DNA of 64,000 nt from positions 64,001 to 128,000 of the forward strand of contig CAVPSB010000044.1 of assembly GCA_963708025.1 (NCBI GenBank), written 5' to 3'. The notes under the pieces were generated by a model. That model had not been told where the DNA came from and ran no database searches. It saw nothing but the letters and a program-made list of their open reading frames with translations. The translations under genes and the position numbers were made by a program. How positions within the stretch are numbered: the stretch's first letter is position 1; each line of letters begins with the position of its first letter. Origin of the DNA: an uncultured Candidatus Rokubacteria bacterium. GTDB taxonomy: Bacteria > Methylomirabilota > Methylomirabilia > Rokubacteriales > DASRDR01. Shown here piece after piece: positions 11,106 through 21,994 of the stretch.

Positions 11106-13547
11106 TCAGCGTTCCGCGAGATTCAGCGATGGTTCCGCGAGCGGGGCGAAGTCGAAGCTCTCGCCGTTGGCGCGGACCTCGATCCGCGCGCCCTCGTGGA
11201 TCTGGCCGCCGACGATGGATTCCGCGAGCGGATCCTCGATGTGCTTCTGGATGGTCCGCCGGAGCTGGCGGGCCCCGTAGGTCTGGTCGTACCCCTTGCG
11301 GAGGAGCAGGTCCTCGGCCTCAGGAGTCAACTCGATCCGGATCGTCTTCTCCTCGAGTTGCTTGTTCACGGCGTCGATCATCAGCCGGACGATCCCCTTG
11401 ATGTGCTCCTCGGACAGCGGGTGGAACACGATCACGTCGTCGATCCGGTTGATGAATTCCGGGCGGAACGCACGCTTCAGCTCCTCCAGCACCCGCTCCT
11501 TCATCCGCTCGTAGTTCTCGTCGGCCGACTCCGAGAGGAACCCCGGGCTGACTCGCTTCCCGATCAGGTTCGTCCCGAGGTTGGACGTCATGATGAGGAT
11601 CGTGTTCTTGAAGTCCACGACGTGCCCGAGCGAATCGGTCAGGCGCCCGTCGTCGAGAACCTGGAGCAGCATGTTGAAGACGTCGGGGTGGGCCTTCTCG
11701 ATCTCGTCGAAAAGGACGACCGAGTACGGCCGCCGGCGCACCTTCTCGGTCAGGTAGCCGCCCTCCTCGTAGCCGACGTAGCCCGGCGGGGCACCGAGGA
11801 GGCGCGAGACCGAGAATTTCTCCATGTATTCCGACATGTCGATGCGGATCAGGGCGTTCTCGTCGCCGAACAGGAACTCGGCCAGGGCGCGGGCCAGCTC
11901 GGTCTTCCCGACGCCGGTGGGGCCCAGGAAGATGAAGGAGCCGACCGGCCGCTTGGCGTTCTTCAGACCGGCCCGCGAGCGGCGGATCGCCCGCGAGACC
12001 GCCCGCACCGCGTCGTCCTGCCCGACAATGCGACCGTGGAGCGCCTCCTCCATGCGGGACAGCTTGGCCGATTCCTTCTCCTCGAGGCGAGAGAGCGGGA
12101 TGCCCGTCCAGCGGGAGACGATGTACTCCACGTCCTCTTCGGTGACGATCAACGTCTGCCGGCCCTTGTTCTTCTCCCACTCGCGCTTGAGCTCTTCGTC
12201 CCGGCCCCGCAGCACCTTCTCCTTCTCGCGGAGGGAGGCGGCCTTCTCGAACTCCTGGGCCTCCAGGAACATGTCCTTCTCCCGGACGACCCGCTCGATC
12301 TCCTTGTCGAGCTCCTTCAGCTCGGTGGGCGGCGTCATGGACTGCAGCCGCGTGCGGCTGGCCGCCTCGTCGATCACGTCGATGGCCTTGTCCGGGAGCT
12401 GGCGCTCGGTGATGTGCCGGTCGGCGAGCTTGACCGCGGCGTCGATCGCCTGGTCGGTGATCTTCACCCGGTGGTGCGCCTCGTACTTCGGGCGCAGGCC
12501 CTTGATGATCTCCACCGATTCCTGCACCGACGGGGCGCGGACGATGATCGGCTGGAAGCGCCGCTCCAGCGCCCCGTCCTTCTCGATGTGCTTCCGGTAC
12601 TCGTCGAGGGTGGTGGCCCCGATGCACTGGATCTCGCCCCGTGACAGGGCGGGCTTGAGCATGTTGGAGGCGTCGATCGCCCCCTCGGCGGCGCCGGCGC
12701 CGATCAGGGTGTGTAGCTCGTCGAGGAACAGGATCACGTTCTCCGACTGGCGGATCTCCTTCATGACCGCCTTCAGCCGCTCCTCGAACTGGCCGCGGTA
12801 CTTGGTCCCGGCCACCAGGGCGCCGAGGTCGAGCTGGAGGAGTCGCTTGCCGGCCAGCACGTCGGGGACGTCGTGGTTGACGATCTTCTGGGCCAGCCCC
12901 TCGACGATGGCCGTCTTGCCGACCCCGGGCTCCCCGATGAGGACCGGGTTGTTCTTGGTCCGGCGGGAGAGGATCTGGATGACCCGCTCGATCTCCGTCT
13001 CGCGCCCGATGACCGGATCGAGCTTGCCCTCCCGGGCGAACTGGGTGAGATCACGGGCGAACTCGTCCAGCACCGGCGTCTGGCTGCGCTTCTTCGGCCG
13101 CGGGTAGTACTGGTCGCCGAGCAGCGCCAGCGTCTCCTGGCGGACCTCGTCGAGCCGCGCGCCCAGCGATTCCAGGATCTTGGCGGCGATCGACTGGCCT
13201 TCCTTCATGATCCCGAGGAGCAGGTGCTCGGTCCCGATGTAGTTGTGACCGAGCTGGCGGGCCTCCTCGATGGACAGCTCCAGGACCCGCTTGGCCTGAG
13301 GGGTGAACGGCACCTCGCCGAACGTCAGCGTCTTGGGGAAGCCGGCCAGGGCCCGCTCGACCTCCGACTTGACCGTCTCCAGGCGAAGGCCGAGCCGCTG
13401 GAGCACCGCGGTGGCGATCCCCTCCCCGTCTCGGATCAGACCCAGGAGGATGTGCTCGGTCCCGACGAAGTCGTGTCGGAACCGGCCAGCCTCCTCGCGG
13501 GCCAGGATGATGACTCGCCGCGCGCGCTCCGTGAACCGTTCAAACAC
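11106..13547 (-). CDS. clpC: ATP-dependent Clp protease ATPase ClpC
   Basis: [12 protein letters not shown], two Clp-N repeats, two AAA modules and a UVR-like middle domain. Confidence 0.95.
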   Translation of the reverse strand: MFERFTERARRVIILAREEAGRFRHDFVGTEHILLGLIRDGEGIATAVLQRLGLRLETVKSEVERALAGFPKTLTFGEVPFTPQAKRVLELSIEEARQLGHNYIGTEHLLLGIMKEGQSIAAKILESLGARLDEVRQETLALLGDQYYPRPKKRSQTPVLDEFARDLTQFAREGKLDPVIGRETEIERVIQILSRRTKNNPVLIGEPGVGKTAIVEGLAQKIVNHDVPDVLAGKRLLQLDLGALVAGTKYRGQFEERLKAVMKEIRQSENVILFLDELHTLIGAGAAEGAIDASNMLKPALSRGEIQCIGATTLDEYRKHIEKDGALERRFQPIIVRAPSVQESVEIIKGLRPKYEAHHRVKITDQAIDAAVKLADRHITERQLPDKAIDVIDEAASRTRLQSMTPPTELKELDKEIERVVREKDMFLEAQEFEKAASLREKEKVLRGRDEELKREWEKNKGRQTLIVTEEDVEYIVSRWTGIPLSRLEEKESAKLSRMEEALHGRIVGQDDAVRAVSRAIRRSRAGLKNAKRPVGSFIFLGPTGVGKTELARALAEFLFGDENALIRIDMSEYMEKFSVSRLLGAPPGYVGYEEGGYLTEKVRRRPYSVVLFDEIEKAHPDVFNMLLQVLDDGRLTDSLGHVVDFKNTILIMTSNLGTNLIGKRVSPGFLSESADENYERMKERVLEELKRAFRPEFINRIDDVIVFHPLSEEHIKGIVRLMIDAVNKQLEEKTIRIELTPEAEDLLLRKGYDQTYGARQLRRTIQKHIEDPLAESIVGGQIHEGARIEVRANGESFDFAPLAEPSLNLAER

Positions 13548-13698
13548 GCTGTCCCTCCAGCCGGCCGTCCAGCCAGCCCCCGTCGGGCTCGACGAGAGTG
13601 CCTCCCCTTCGGTCCGGCACCCTCATGATACCCCAGCCGGACAGGTTGTCACGGAAAAAATGCTTCACGTCGAGGAACTTACGCCTCGGACGCGAGTG

Positions 13699-14397
13699 TC
13701 AGCTTTCCACCACGGCCCGGCCGTCCACCAGCCGGACGAGGCGGTCCGCGCGGCGGGCCAGCTCCATGTTGTGGGTCGCGATCACGAACGTGACGCCGCG
13801 CTCCGCCTGCAGCCGTCCGAACAGCTCGAACACGCCCTCGCTGGTCTTGGCATCGAGGTTCCCGGTCGGCTCGTCGGCCACGATGACCTTCGGGCGACCC
13901 ACCAGGGCTCGGGCCAGGGCGACCCGCTGCTGCTCGCCGCCGGACAGCTCGCCCGGGCGGTGACCGGTCCGCTCGGAGAGCCCGACCTCGCGCAGGGCGT
14001 CGAGGGCCGCCACCCGCGCCTCCGCCATCGCCCGACGCTGCACCAGGGCGGGCAGCATGGCATTCTCGAGCGCGGTGAACTCGGACAGTAGATTGTAGAG
14101 TTGGAAGACGAACCCCACCTCGTGGCGGCGAAAGCGCGTCAGCTCGGTGTCGGTGCGGGCGAACAGGTCCTGGCCCCGGAACAGCACCCGGCCCGTCGTC
14201 GGCCGGTCCAGCGCCCCCAGGACGTGGAGGAGGGTGGACTTGCCGACGCCCGACGCGCCCACCACCGCCACCAGCTCCCCGGTGTGGACGGTGAGGTTGA
14301 CGCCCTTGAGGACCCGCACCGCCTCGCCACCCGTTCGGTACTCCTTCTCGACCTGCTCGGCGACGATCAGGGTGGGTCGGGGCTCGACCTCACTCAT
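13699..14397 (-). CDS. lolD: Lipoprotein-releasing ABC ATPase
   Basis: GASGVGKS, LSGGEQQR and DEPTGNLD motifs; adjacent to lolC/E. Confidence 0.88.
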   Translation of the reverse strand: MSEVEPRPTLIVAEQVEKEYRTGGEAVRVLKGVNLTVHTGELVAVVGASGVGKSTLLHVLGALDRPTTGRVLFRGQDLFARTDTELTRFRRHEVGFVFQLYNLLSEFTALENAMLPALVQRRAMAEARVAALDALREVGLSERTGHRPGELSGGEQQRVALARALVGRPKVIVADEPTGNLDAKTSEGVFELFGRLQAERGVTFVIATHNMELARRADRLVRLVDGRAVVES

Positions 14398-15622
14398 AGC
14401 GGAGCACCTCGACCGGGTCGAGCCGGGCCGCCTGGCGGGAGGGGTAGAGCGTGGCCAGGAACGAGAGCACCAGCGCGGAGACGGAGATCAGGGTCAGGTC
14501 GAGCGAGTACAGGCGCATGGGGAGGACCGAGAGCTGGTAGACGTCTCCGGGGATCTTGACGATGTGGTACGTTTCCTGGATCCAGCCGATGGTCACCCCG
14601 AGCCCCGTCCCGACCAGGGTGCCGACCAGGCCGATGAGGACGCCCTCGGCCATGAAGATCAGCATGACGCTGCGCGCGTCGGCGCCCAGCGTGCGGAGGA
14701 CGCCGATCTCCCGGCGTTTCTCGGCGACCATGAGGATCAGGTGGCTGATGATCGCGAACGCCGCCACGAAGACGATCAGGGTCAGGATCACGAACATCGC
14801 GGTCTTCTCGAGCTGGATGGCCGAGAAGAGGTTGCGGTTCATCTCCATCCAGTCCCGCGTCCAGAACGGGAAGCCGAGCGCCTTCCCGAGGTCGAGCGCC
14901 ACCCGGCGCGCCCGGTAGGGGTCGCCGACCCGCACCTCGATCCCCGAGACCCGGCCGCCGAGGTCGGCGAACTGCTGGGCGGTGGCCAGCGAGGTGTAGG
15001 CCAGCGCCGAGTCGTACTCGTAGAGGCCGACCTCGAAGATTGCCACCACCCGGAACGGGCGCATCTTGGGGATGGTCCCGACGGCGGTGACGGCGCCCTT
15101 CGGGGAGATCGCCATCACGGTGCTGCCGACGAAGGCGCCGAGGTTCCGCGCCAGCTCGCGGCCGAGGACGATCCCCGGCTCGCCCTCGGCGAGGTCGGCC
15201 AGGCTGCCCTGCTTGACCCGGCGGGCCAGCTCGGCCTGGCCGACCTCCGGATCGATGCCGCGGAGGACGACGCCGGTCGCCGCCCCCTCGTGGGAGAGCA
15301 TGACCTGCTGGACGACGAACGGCGCAGCGGCCTTGACTTCCGGGTGCTGGCGGACCACGCGGACGGCTCCGTCCGGATCCTGGATACCCTGGCCCAGGGT
15401 GTCGAGGACCAGGACGTGGGCGGTGGTCCCGAGGATCTTCCCCCGCAGCTCCTCCTCGGCTCCCGACATGACGCCGATCACGACGATCAGCGCCATCACC
15501 CCCAGGGCCATGCCGGCCATCGCGATCAGCGTGAGGAGCGACAGGGCGCCCCGCCGGCCCTTCGACCGGAGGTAGCGGAGGCCGACGAACAGCTCGAAGG
15601 GGAGCCCGCGGCCCGAGATCAC
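14390..15622 (-). CDS. lolC: Lipoprotein-releasing ABC permease LolC/E
   Basis: GLRYL, DWMEMN, EKRREIG and [10 protein letters not shown] motifs. Confidence 0.9.
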   Translation of the reverse strand: MISGRGLPFELFVGLRYLRSKGRRGALSLLTLIAMAGMALGVMALIVVIGVMSGAEEELRGKILGTTAHVLVLDTLGQGIQDPDGAVRVVRQHPEVKAAAPFVVQQVMLSHEGAATGVVLRGIDPEVGQAELARRVKQGSLADLAEGEPGIVLGRELARNLGAFVGSTVMAISPKGAVTAVGTIPKMRPFRVVAIFEVGLYEYDSALAYTSLATAQQFADLGGRVSGIEVRVGDPYRARRVALDLGKALGFPFWTRDWMEMNRNLFSAIQLEKTAMFVILTLIVFVAAFAIISHLILMVAEKRREIGVLRTLGADARSVMLIFMAEGVLIGLVGTLVGTGLGVTIGWIQETYHIVKIPGDVYQLSVLPMRLYSLDLTLISVSALVLSFLATLYPSRQAARLDPVEVLRYE

Positions 15623-17169
15623 GCGCCCTCCTCGGAGGTTTCCGGCCGGAGGAGCGGGAAGAGGATCACCTCACGGATCGAGGCCTTGTCGGCGAACAGC
15701 ATCACCAGCCGATCGATCCCGACGCCTTCCCCGGCCGTCGGCGGCAGCCCGTACTCGAGGGCGCGCACGTAGTCCTCGTCGAGGGGATGCGCCTCATCGT
15801 CACCTCGCTCGCGCTCGCGGTGCTGGAGCTCGAAGCGGCGCCGCTGCTCCATCGGGTCGTTCAGCTCCGAATAGGCGTTGGCCAGCTCCAGGCGCGCGAT
15901 GAAGAGCTCGAACCGGTCGACCAGCCGCGGGTCCTCCCGCTTCTGCCGGGCCAGTGGCGAGAGCTCGATGGGAAAGTCGACCACGAATGTCGGCTGGACG
16001 AGCTCAGGCTCGATGAAGGCCTCGAACACGTCCTTCCACATCTGGAAGAGGGGCGTCTCGGAGCCCCATCGCCACTCGCCAGCGTCCATGCCACGCTGGC
16101 CGGCGACCGCCCAGGCTTGCCGGCGAACCTCCTCCGTGATGTAGACCGCATTCCGGCCGAGGCTCAGCGCTTGACCGATGGCGTCGAGATAGCGGAGGCG
16201 GCGCCAGGGGGGCGTCAAGTCGATCGTCTCGCCCTGGTAGGTGAGCGTGGTTCCGCCCCGGAGGGTCTGGCCCAGCTCGACGAAGAGCTGCTCGGTCAGC
16301 TCCATCAGGTCGCCGTAGTCGGCGTAGGCCTGGTAGAACTCCAGCATCGTGAACTCGGGGTTGTGCTCGGTGGAGATCCCCTCGTTCCGGAAAATCCGGC
16401 CGATCTCGTACACCCGGTCGATCCCGCCGACGACGAGACGCTTGAGGTGCAGCTCGAGCGCGATCCGGAGGTAGAGCTCGAGGTCGAGCGCGTTGTGGTG
16501 GGTCTTGAAGGGCCGGGCGGTCGCCCCGCCGGCGACGGCCTGCATCGTCGGCGTCTCCACCTCCAGGAAGCCCCGGGCGTCGAGAAACGCGCGAATCGTC
16601 TGGATCGCCCGCGAGCGGAGCCGGAAGACCTCGCGCACCTCCGGATTGACCACGAGGTCGACGTACCGCTGGCGGAAGCGGGTCTCCACGTCCTTGAGCC
16701 CGTGCCACTTCTCGGGCAGCGGCCGGAGCGACTTGGTCAGGAAGGTCCAGGCCTTCACCTGGACCGTCAGCTCGCCCGTCCGCGTCCGGAACAGCTCGCC
16801 GGTCACCCCGACGAAGTCACCGACGTCCAGCCCGGTGAACGCCTCGTATTCCTGGCCCAGGAGGTCGGCACGGGCGTAGACCTGGATGGTGCCGGTGCCG
16901 TCCAGGAGGCTGGCGAAGCAGGACTTGCCGAAGTGTCGGAGCGCCAGCACCCGGCCGGCCACGCTGACCGGACCGGCCTCCTTCAGCGCGTCGTCGGTGG
17001 CGACGTCCCCGTGGGCGTGGAGCGCACCCGCCCGGTGGGAGACGGGGAAGCGCGTGCCGAACGGGTCAACGCCGGCGACCCGGAGGGCCTCCAGCTTCTC
17101 GTGCCGGCGCCGGACCAGCTCGTTCGCCGGGAGACCCTCGTCCCTGGCTTCCCGGGGCCCCGGGCTCAT
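15619..17169 (-). CDS. lysS: Lysyl-tRNA synthetase, class II
   Basis: [26 protein letters not shown] and [15 protein letters not shown] motifs. Confidence 0.97.
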   Translation of the reverse strand: MSPGPREARDEGLPANELVRRRHEKLEALRVAGVDPFGTRFPVSHRAGALHAHGDVATDDALKEAGPVSVAGRVLALRHFGKSCFASLLDGTGTIQVYARADLLGQEYEAFTGLDVGDFVGVTGELFRTRTGELTVQVKAWTFLTKSLRPLPEKWHGLKDVETRFRQRYVDLVVNPEVREVFRLRSRAIQTIRAFLDARGFLEVETPTMQAVAGGATARPFKTHHNALDLELYLRIALELHLKRLVVGGIDRVYEIGRIFRNEGISTEHNPEFTMLEFYQAYADYGDLMELTEQLFVELGQTLRGGTTLTYQGETIDLTPPWRRLRYLDAIGQALSLGRNAVYITEEVRRQAWAVAGQRGMDAGEWRWGSETPLFQMWKDVFEAFIEPELVQPTFVVDFPIELSPLARQKREDPRLVDRFELFIARLELANAYSELNDPMEQRRRFELQHRERERGDDEAHPLDEDYVRALEYGLPPTAGEGVGIDRLVMLFADKASIREVILFPLLRPETSEEGA

Positions 17170-18264
17170 GGCTTGTCCTTACGGAACAGGTAGGCCTCGA
17201 TGAACGGGTCGATGTCGCCGTCCATCACGGCGTCAACGTTGCCGACCTCGAGGTTGGTCCGGTGGTCCTTGATGAGCTGGTAGGGGGCGAAGACGTAGGA
17301 GCGGATCTGACTGCCGAAGGCGATCCCCTTCTTCTCGCCGGTCAGCTTCTCCATCTCGGCCTTTCGCTCCTGGTCGGCGATCTGATACAGGCGCGCGCGG
17401 AGGACCCGGAGGGCGGTGTCGCGGTTCCGGAGCTGGGAGCGCTCGTTCTGGCACGAGACGACGATACCGGTCGGCAAGTGGGTGATGCGGACGGCGGAAT
17501 CGGCGGTGTTGACCCCCTGCCCGCCCGGCCCCGAGGAGCGGAAGACGTCGACCCGGAGGTCGTCGTCGCGGACGACCACCTCGACGTCCTCGACCTCCGG
17601 CATCACCGATACCGACGCGAACGACGTGTGCCGCCGGCGGGCGGCGTCGAACGGCGAGATTCGCACCAGGCGGTGGACGCCGGTCTCGCCCTTGAGGTAG
17701 CCATAGGCGTAGTCGCCGGTCAGCGTGAGGGTGGCCGACTTGATGCCCGCCTCCTCGCCCGGCAGCAGATCCACCACCTCGATCTTGTAGCCGTGGCGCT
17801 CGGCCCAGCGCGTGTACATGCGCAGGAGCATCTGGGCCCAGTCCTGGGACTCGGTGCCGCCGGCCCCGGCGTGGATGGAGACAATCGCGGTCTTCCGGTC
17901 GTGCTCACCCGACAGGACGGCGGTGAGCTCGAACTCCCGGAGTGCCGACTGCAGGCGTCGCAGCCCGTCCTGGAGCTCCGGCTCGAGACTCTCGTCGCCC
18001 TCCTCGAGCGCCATCTCCCAGAGCAGGCGCAGCTCACCCAGCTCCCGGCCGAGCACCTTGGCTCGATCGACCAGGCCGCCCAGCTCGTTGCGCTCGCGGA
18101 TCAACCCCTGGGCGCGCCGGGCGTCGTCCCAGAAGCTCGGGGCCCCCATCTCCGCCTCGATGGCGGCCACGCGCGCCTCCTTGCCGGCGAGGTCAAAGAT
18201 GCCCCCGGAGATCTTCGAGCCGCCGCTCGAGGTCGGTGAGGTCGCGTCGGAGGTCGCCGAGCAC
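17166..18264 (-). CDS. prfB: Peptide chain release factor 2, with programmed +1 frameshift
   Basis: SPF and GGQ motifs. GTG at 18264 follows GGAGG, and frame 0 ends at CTT-TGA. Confidence 0.96.
18192..18207 (-). promoter_or_regulatory. prfB +1 frameshift site (internal SD GGGGG followed by CTT TGA C)
   Basis: Minus strand reads CGGGGGCATCTTTGAC, matching the canonical RF2 slippery site. Confidence 0.95.
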
Positions 18265-18267
18265 CGG

Positions 18268-19806
18268 CTACCTCCGGCGCCCGGCCCAGGCCCGCGCGGC
18301 GAGCGCGGCCAGCGTGGCGGCGGCGCAGCCGTACGCGAAGACGTCCCCGAAGCGGGTGTAGAAGGTCGGCCGGCCGGCCAGCGGCGCCTCGACCCGGAGG
18401 ACGCCCCGGCGAGAGAGCGCCAGCTCGGGGCCGATCCGACCGTCGGGGCCGACCAGCGCGGAGACGCCGGTGTTGGCGGCCCGCACGACGGCCACACCGT
18501 TCTCGACGGCCCGCAGCGGCACCATGGCCAGATGCTGGAGGGGGCCGCTCGACTCCCCGAACCAGGCGTCGTTCGTGATGTTCACCATGAACCTCGCGCC
18601 CTCCCGGACGAACCCACGGAAGAGGTCCGGGAAGATGACCTCGTAGCAGATGACCGTTCCGAACGGCGCCCCCTCGAGGGGGAACACCACCCGGTCGCGA
18701 CCGGGGGTGAAGTCGCCGATCTCGGCCGCAAGCGCTTCCACGAAGAACAGCAGTCCTCTCAGGGGCACGTATTCCCCGAAAGGCACGAGATGGATTTTAT
18801 CATAGCGGGTCTGGAGACCCTCCGCGCGGACCAGGAACGCGCTGTTGAGGAAGTGGGTCGTCGCGCCCTCTTGGCGGGCGTCGGGGGCGCCGACGAGGAG
18901 CGGGGTGCCCAGTTCGCCGGCCAGTCGGGTCAGCCAGTCGATGACCCCCGGCTCGTAGGTGAGGTAGGCCGGCACCGCCGCTTCCGGCCAGACGACCAGC
19001 CGGCTCCCGGGGGTGACCTGCCGGGTCAGCTCGGCGTGGGTCTCGAGCGTGGCCCACCGGGAGGCCTTCTCCCACTTGATGGCCTGGTCGATGTGCCCCT
19101 GCACGATGCCGACCGGAACCGTCCCGGTCTCCGGCGCCGACCGGGACGCGCCGACCGCCAGCGTGGCACCGACGGCGACCCCGACGACCGCCGCGCTCAC
19201 CGCCATGGCCGGCCGACTGCGCCGCACGAGCACCCACGCCAGCGCCGTGTTGCTCAGCGCGAGCAGGAACGAGACGCCGTACACGCCCGTCCAGGCGGCG
19301 ATCCCGATCAGCTCGAGCCGTCGGTACGGGACGTAGCCGAGCAGGCCCCACGGGAAGCCGCTGAAGACATAGGTGCGGGCCAGCTCGCTCGATACCCAGA
19401 ACGGCGGGGTCAGCCACACCGCCCCTGGGCCCAGGCGCGTCCCCAGCAACGCGACCGCGAAGGCCACCGCGCCCACGTAGAGCGCGCAGTAGGCGGCGAG
19501 CGCGAGCAGCAGCAGGATCGCCAGAGGCCCGGAGAGGCTCGAATAGTGGGTCATCGAGTGGGTGATCCAGCGGAGGAGCGGGAGGAAGAACCCGAGGCCC
19601 GCGAGCCAGCCTTCGAGGAAGGCCCGGCCCGGCGACCGGGCGGTGGCGGCGAGGGCGAACACGGGAGCGAGCGCCACCCAGCCGAGCAGATCCCACGCGG
19701 GTCGCGGATAGGCGAGGTGCAGAGCGAGCCCGGCGCCGGTTGCCACGAGGACCCGCCTGATCGATTCGGCTCCGCTGCCCCCTTCCCGTGTGATGTGAGG
19801 ACTCAA
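18268..19806 (-). CDS. lnt: Apolipoprotein N-acyltransferase
   Basis: GFPW, WPE, YDKIHLVPFGEY, ICYE, TNDAWF and RAANTG motifs; start uncertain. Confidence 0.95.
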   Translation of the reverse strand: MSPHITREGGSGAESIRRVLVATGAGLALHLAYPRPAWDLLGWVALAPVFALAATARSPGRAFLEGWLAGLGFFLPLLRWITHSMTHYSSLSGPLAILLLLALAAYCALYVGAVAFAVALLGTRLGPGAVWLTPPFWVSSELARTYVFSGFPWGLLGYVPYRRLELIGIAAWTGVYGVSFLLALSNTALAWVLVRRSRPAMAVSAAVVGVAVGATLAVGASRSAPETGTVPVGIVQGHIDQAIKWEKASRWATLETHAELTRQVTPGSRLVVWPEAAVPAYLTYEPGVIDWLTRLAGELGTPLLVGAPDARQEGATTHFLNSAFLVRAEGLQTRYDKIHLVPFGEYVPLRGLLFFVEALAAEIGDFTPGRDRVVFPLEGAPFGTVICYEVIFPDLFRGFVREGARFMVNITNDAWFGESSGPLQHLAMVPLRAVENGVAVVRAANTGVSALVGPDGRIGPELALSRRGVLRVEAPLAGRPTFYTRFGDVFAYGCAAATLAALAARAWAGRRR

Positions 19807-19846
19807 GCCGTCAGACCGGATGCGCCGGCTCCCATTCCCGCCGACC

Positions 19847-19990
19847 GTCGGCTTCTCGCAACGGGTTGATTGCCGTTCTCACGCTCGAGGAGTCCCACTC
19901 CGGGCCGCGGCCCAAAGGCCGAAGGCCGTCCATCAGTCGCGGCCTCCGAGGAGGGGGCAGCGGGGGGTCTTCCGAGACCCCCCGGAGAAA
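19847..19990. repeat. Family B element, copy 1
   Basis: GGCTTCTCGCA...GCCGCGGC stem...GGGGGGTCTTCCGAGACCCCCC; abuts the stop at 19991. Confidence 0.85.
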
Positions 19991-20728
19991 CTATCGCCCA
20001 TGGAGGAGACGGTCTCCGAGGACAAGCGGGAGGCCGACCGCGTGGATCCGCCGACGGGCCTCGGCGGTGTCGTACGGCACGCGACGGATCTCCACCCACC
20101 CGCCGTCGAGATCCCACAAGGCATAGGCGGCCATCGGGTCCCCGTCGCGCGGCTGACCCACGCTGCCAACGTTGACGATGTAGCGCTCGCCCGGATGCGC
20201 GTCGATCCGCACCGCGCCCCGGGCGAAGTCGACACGCCCGTCCTCGCCCAGGGCCCACGCCGCCGGCAGGTGCGAGTGCCCGACGAAGCAGAAGGGGGTC
20301 GAGAAGGCGGGAAACGCCCGGGCCCCGTCGCGGGGCGCCACCAGGTAGGGCCACTCGCCGGGATCCCGGGGCGAGGCGTGGACCAGCGTGGCGCCGGCAT
20401 GCTCCCGCACTAGCGGCAGCGTCGTCAGGTAGCGGGCCTGCGCAGGGTGGAGCCGCCCCGCGGTCCACTCGGCGGCGGCGCGGGCGAAGGGGTTGAACCA
20501 CTCGAGATCCATGAGCCCGGCCGCGGCGTGGTCGTGGTTGCCGGCGACGGCGATCGCGTCGTAGCCGAGCAAGAGGTCGACGACGAGGTCGGGATCCGCG
20601 CCGTAGCCGACCATGTCGCCGAGGCAGAGGAGGCCGCCGACGCCGACGCCCGAGCGGGCGAGGTCGACCAGCACCGCGGCCAGCGCCGGCTCGTTGCCGT
20701 GGATGTCGGAGAGGACCCCGTACCTTAC
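19991..20728 (-). CDS. Metallophosphoesterase (calcineurin-like)
   Basis: SDIHGN, GDMVGYG, GNHD, GHSH and NVGSVGQPRD motifs. The expected start position holds GTA, overlapping the nusB TAA. Confidence 0.88.
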   Translation of the reverse strand, partial: VRYGVLSDIHGNEPALAAVLVDLARSGVGVGGLLCLGDMVGYGADPDLVVDLLLGYDAIAVAGNHDHAAAGLMDLEWFNPFARAAAEWTAGRLHPAQARYLTTLPLVREHAGATLVHASPRDPGEWPYLVAPRDGARAFPAFSTPFCFVGHSHLPAAWALGEDGRVDFARGAVRIDAHPGERYIVNVGSVGQPRDGDPMAAYALWDLDGGWVEIRRVPYDTAEARRRIHAVGLPLVLGDRLLHGR

Positions 20729-21135
20729 GGGCAGAGCTCCCGGCGGACGCGATCCAGTAGTCCGTTGATGAAGCGCGTGGACTCCTCGGTGGAGAACTTC
20801 CGGGCCACCTCGAGCGCCTCGTTGATCGCGACCTTCGGCGGCACGTCTCCCGCCCACAAGAGCTCGAAGATCCCGGCCCGGAGGATGTTGCGGTCGACCA
20901 CGGCCATGCGGTCGAGGTCCCACCGTTCGGCGAAGCGGGTGATCAGCTCGTCGATCTTGTCCTGGTGCGCCTTGGTGCCCCGGACGAGGGTCTCGGCGAA
21001 GCTCCGGACCTCGTCGGGCGCCGGCTGCCGCTGCCAGAACTCGTCGAGCGCTTCGCCGGGATCGGCGGCCCCCCGGAGATCCAGCTCGTACAGGAGCTGG
21101 AGGGCCAGCTCGCGCGCCTTCCGCCGCTTCCCCAT
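20725..21135 (-). CDS. nusB: Transcription antitermination factor NusB
   Basis: RRKARELALQ, VDRNILR, NEALEVA and FINGLLD motifs. Confidence 0.96.
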   Translation of the reverse strand: MGKRRKARELALQLLYELDLRGAADPGEALDEFWQRQPAPDEVRSFAETLVRGTKAHQDKIDELITRFAERWDLDRMAVVDRNILRAGIFELLWAGDVPPKVAINEALEVARKFSTEESTRFINGLLDRVRRELCP

Positions 21136-21138
21136 GGG

Positions 21139-21174
21139 CTGTTCGGGACCTCCCGCCTACCCGATCCTTCGACC
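21139..21174. repeat. Family C element, copy 2 (partial)
   Basis: CTGTTCGGGACCTCCCGCCTACCCGATCCTTCGAC upstream of nusB. Confidence 0.75.
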
Positions 21175-21245
21175 TTTTTCCGAGACCCCACGAATGTTCT
21201 CAGAGTCTGCGAACCAATGCCTCAGGCTCCTTGATCCCACCACGC

Positions 21246-21356
21246 GTCGGCTTCTCGCAACCCTCTGACTCTGGCCCCGCGGCCGTGGCGTTCCACTTCG
21301 AGCCGCGGCTTCGCCGCGGCGTCCGAGGGGGGGCTTCCGAGACCCCCCCGGAGATC
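21246..21356. repeat. Family B element, copy 2
   Basis: Same blocks as copy 1; abuts the ribH stop. Confidence 0.85.
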
Positions 21357-21863
21357 TCAGCCCCGGGCCGGGCGCCGGCGCGGGCGGCCGCCCAGGCTCT
21401 GGAAGAGTCCGACCAGCTCCAGCGCGGCCAGCGCCGCCTCCTCGCCGCGATTGCCGACGCGGCCCCCGGCCCGCTCGACGGCCTGCTCCTGAGTGTTGGC
21501 GGTGATGACCCCGAAGGTCGCCGGCACGCCGGTCAGCCGTGCCACCTCCCCGATCCCCCGGGCCGCCTCGCCGGCCACGTACTCGAAGTGCGGTGTCTCG
21601 CCCCGGATCACGCAGCCGACGCAGACCAGCGCGTCGACCGCCCGATGCCGCGCCAGGGCCAGGGCGACCTGCGGGAGCTCGAAGGCGCCCGGCACCCAGA
21701 CGACCAGGACGTCCTTGTCGGCCACGCCGTGCCGGCGGAGCGTCTCGCGGGCGCCGTCGACCAGACGCTTGCCGATCTCCTCGTGAAAGCGCGAGGCGAC
21801 GATCGCGAAGCGCCGGCCGCGGGCCGACAGCCCGGCCCGGGCCCCGGGGGCTCTTCCCGCCGT
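21357..21863 (-). CDS. ribH: 6,7-dimethyl-8-ribityllumazine synthase
   Basis: VPGAFELP and IRGETPHFEYV. The frame extends upstream of the called GTG (GLSARGRRFAIVASRFHEEI); putative ACG start at 21863. Confidence 0.92.
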   Translation of the reverse strand, partial: TAGRAPGARAGLSARGRRFAIVASRFHEEIGKRLVDGARETLRRHGVADKDVLVVWVPGAFELPQVALALARHRAVDALVCVGCVIRGETPHFEYVAGEAARGIGEVARLTGVPATFGVITANTQEQAVERAGGRVGNRGEEAALAALELVGLFQSLGGRPRRRPARG

Positions 21864-21864
21864 T

Positions 21865-21950
21865 TGGGACCTCCCTCCTACCCGATCCTTCGACGGCCTT
21901 CGGCCTTTGGCCCCCCTCCCCCACCCACTGGGGGGAGGGGGGGGCCGGAG
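21865..21950. repeat. Family C element, copy 3
   Basis: GGGACCTCCCTCCTACCCGATCCTTCGAC plus module plus C/G hairpin; upstream of ribH. Confidence 0.8.
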
Positions 21951-21994
21951 AAGCTGTCGGGACGAGCGCGAGGAGACGATTCGTTCACGGGCCC

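Noticed and set aside
18192-18207. prfB frameshift as a novelty or an error
   Set aside because: It is the canonical, well-known RF2 autoregulatory site.
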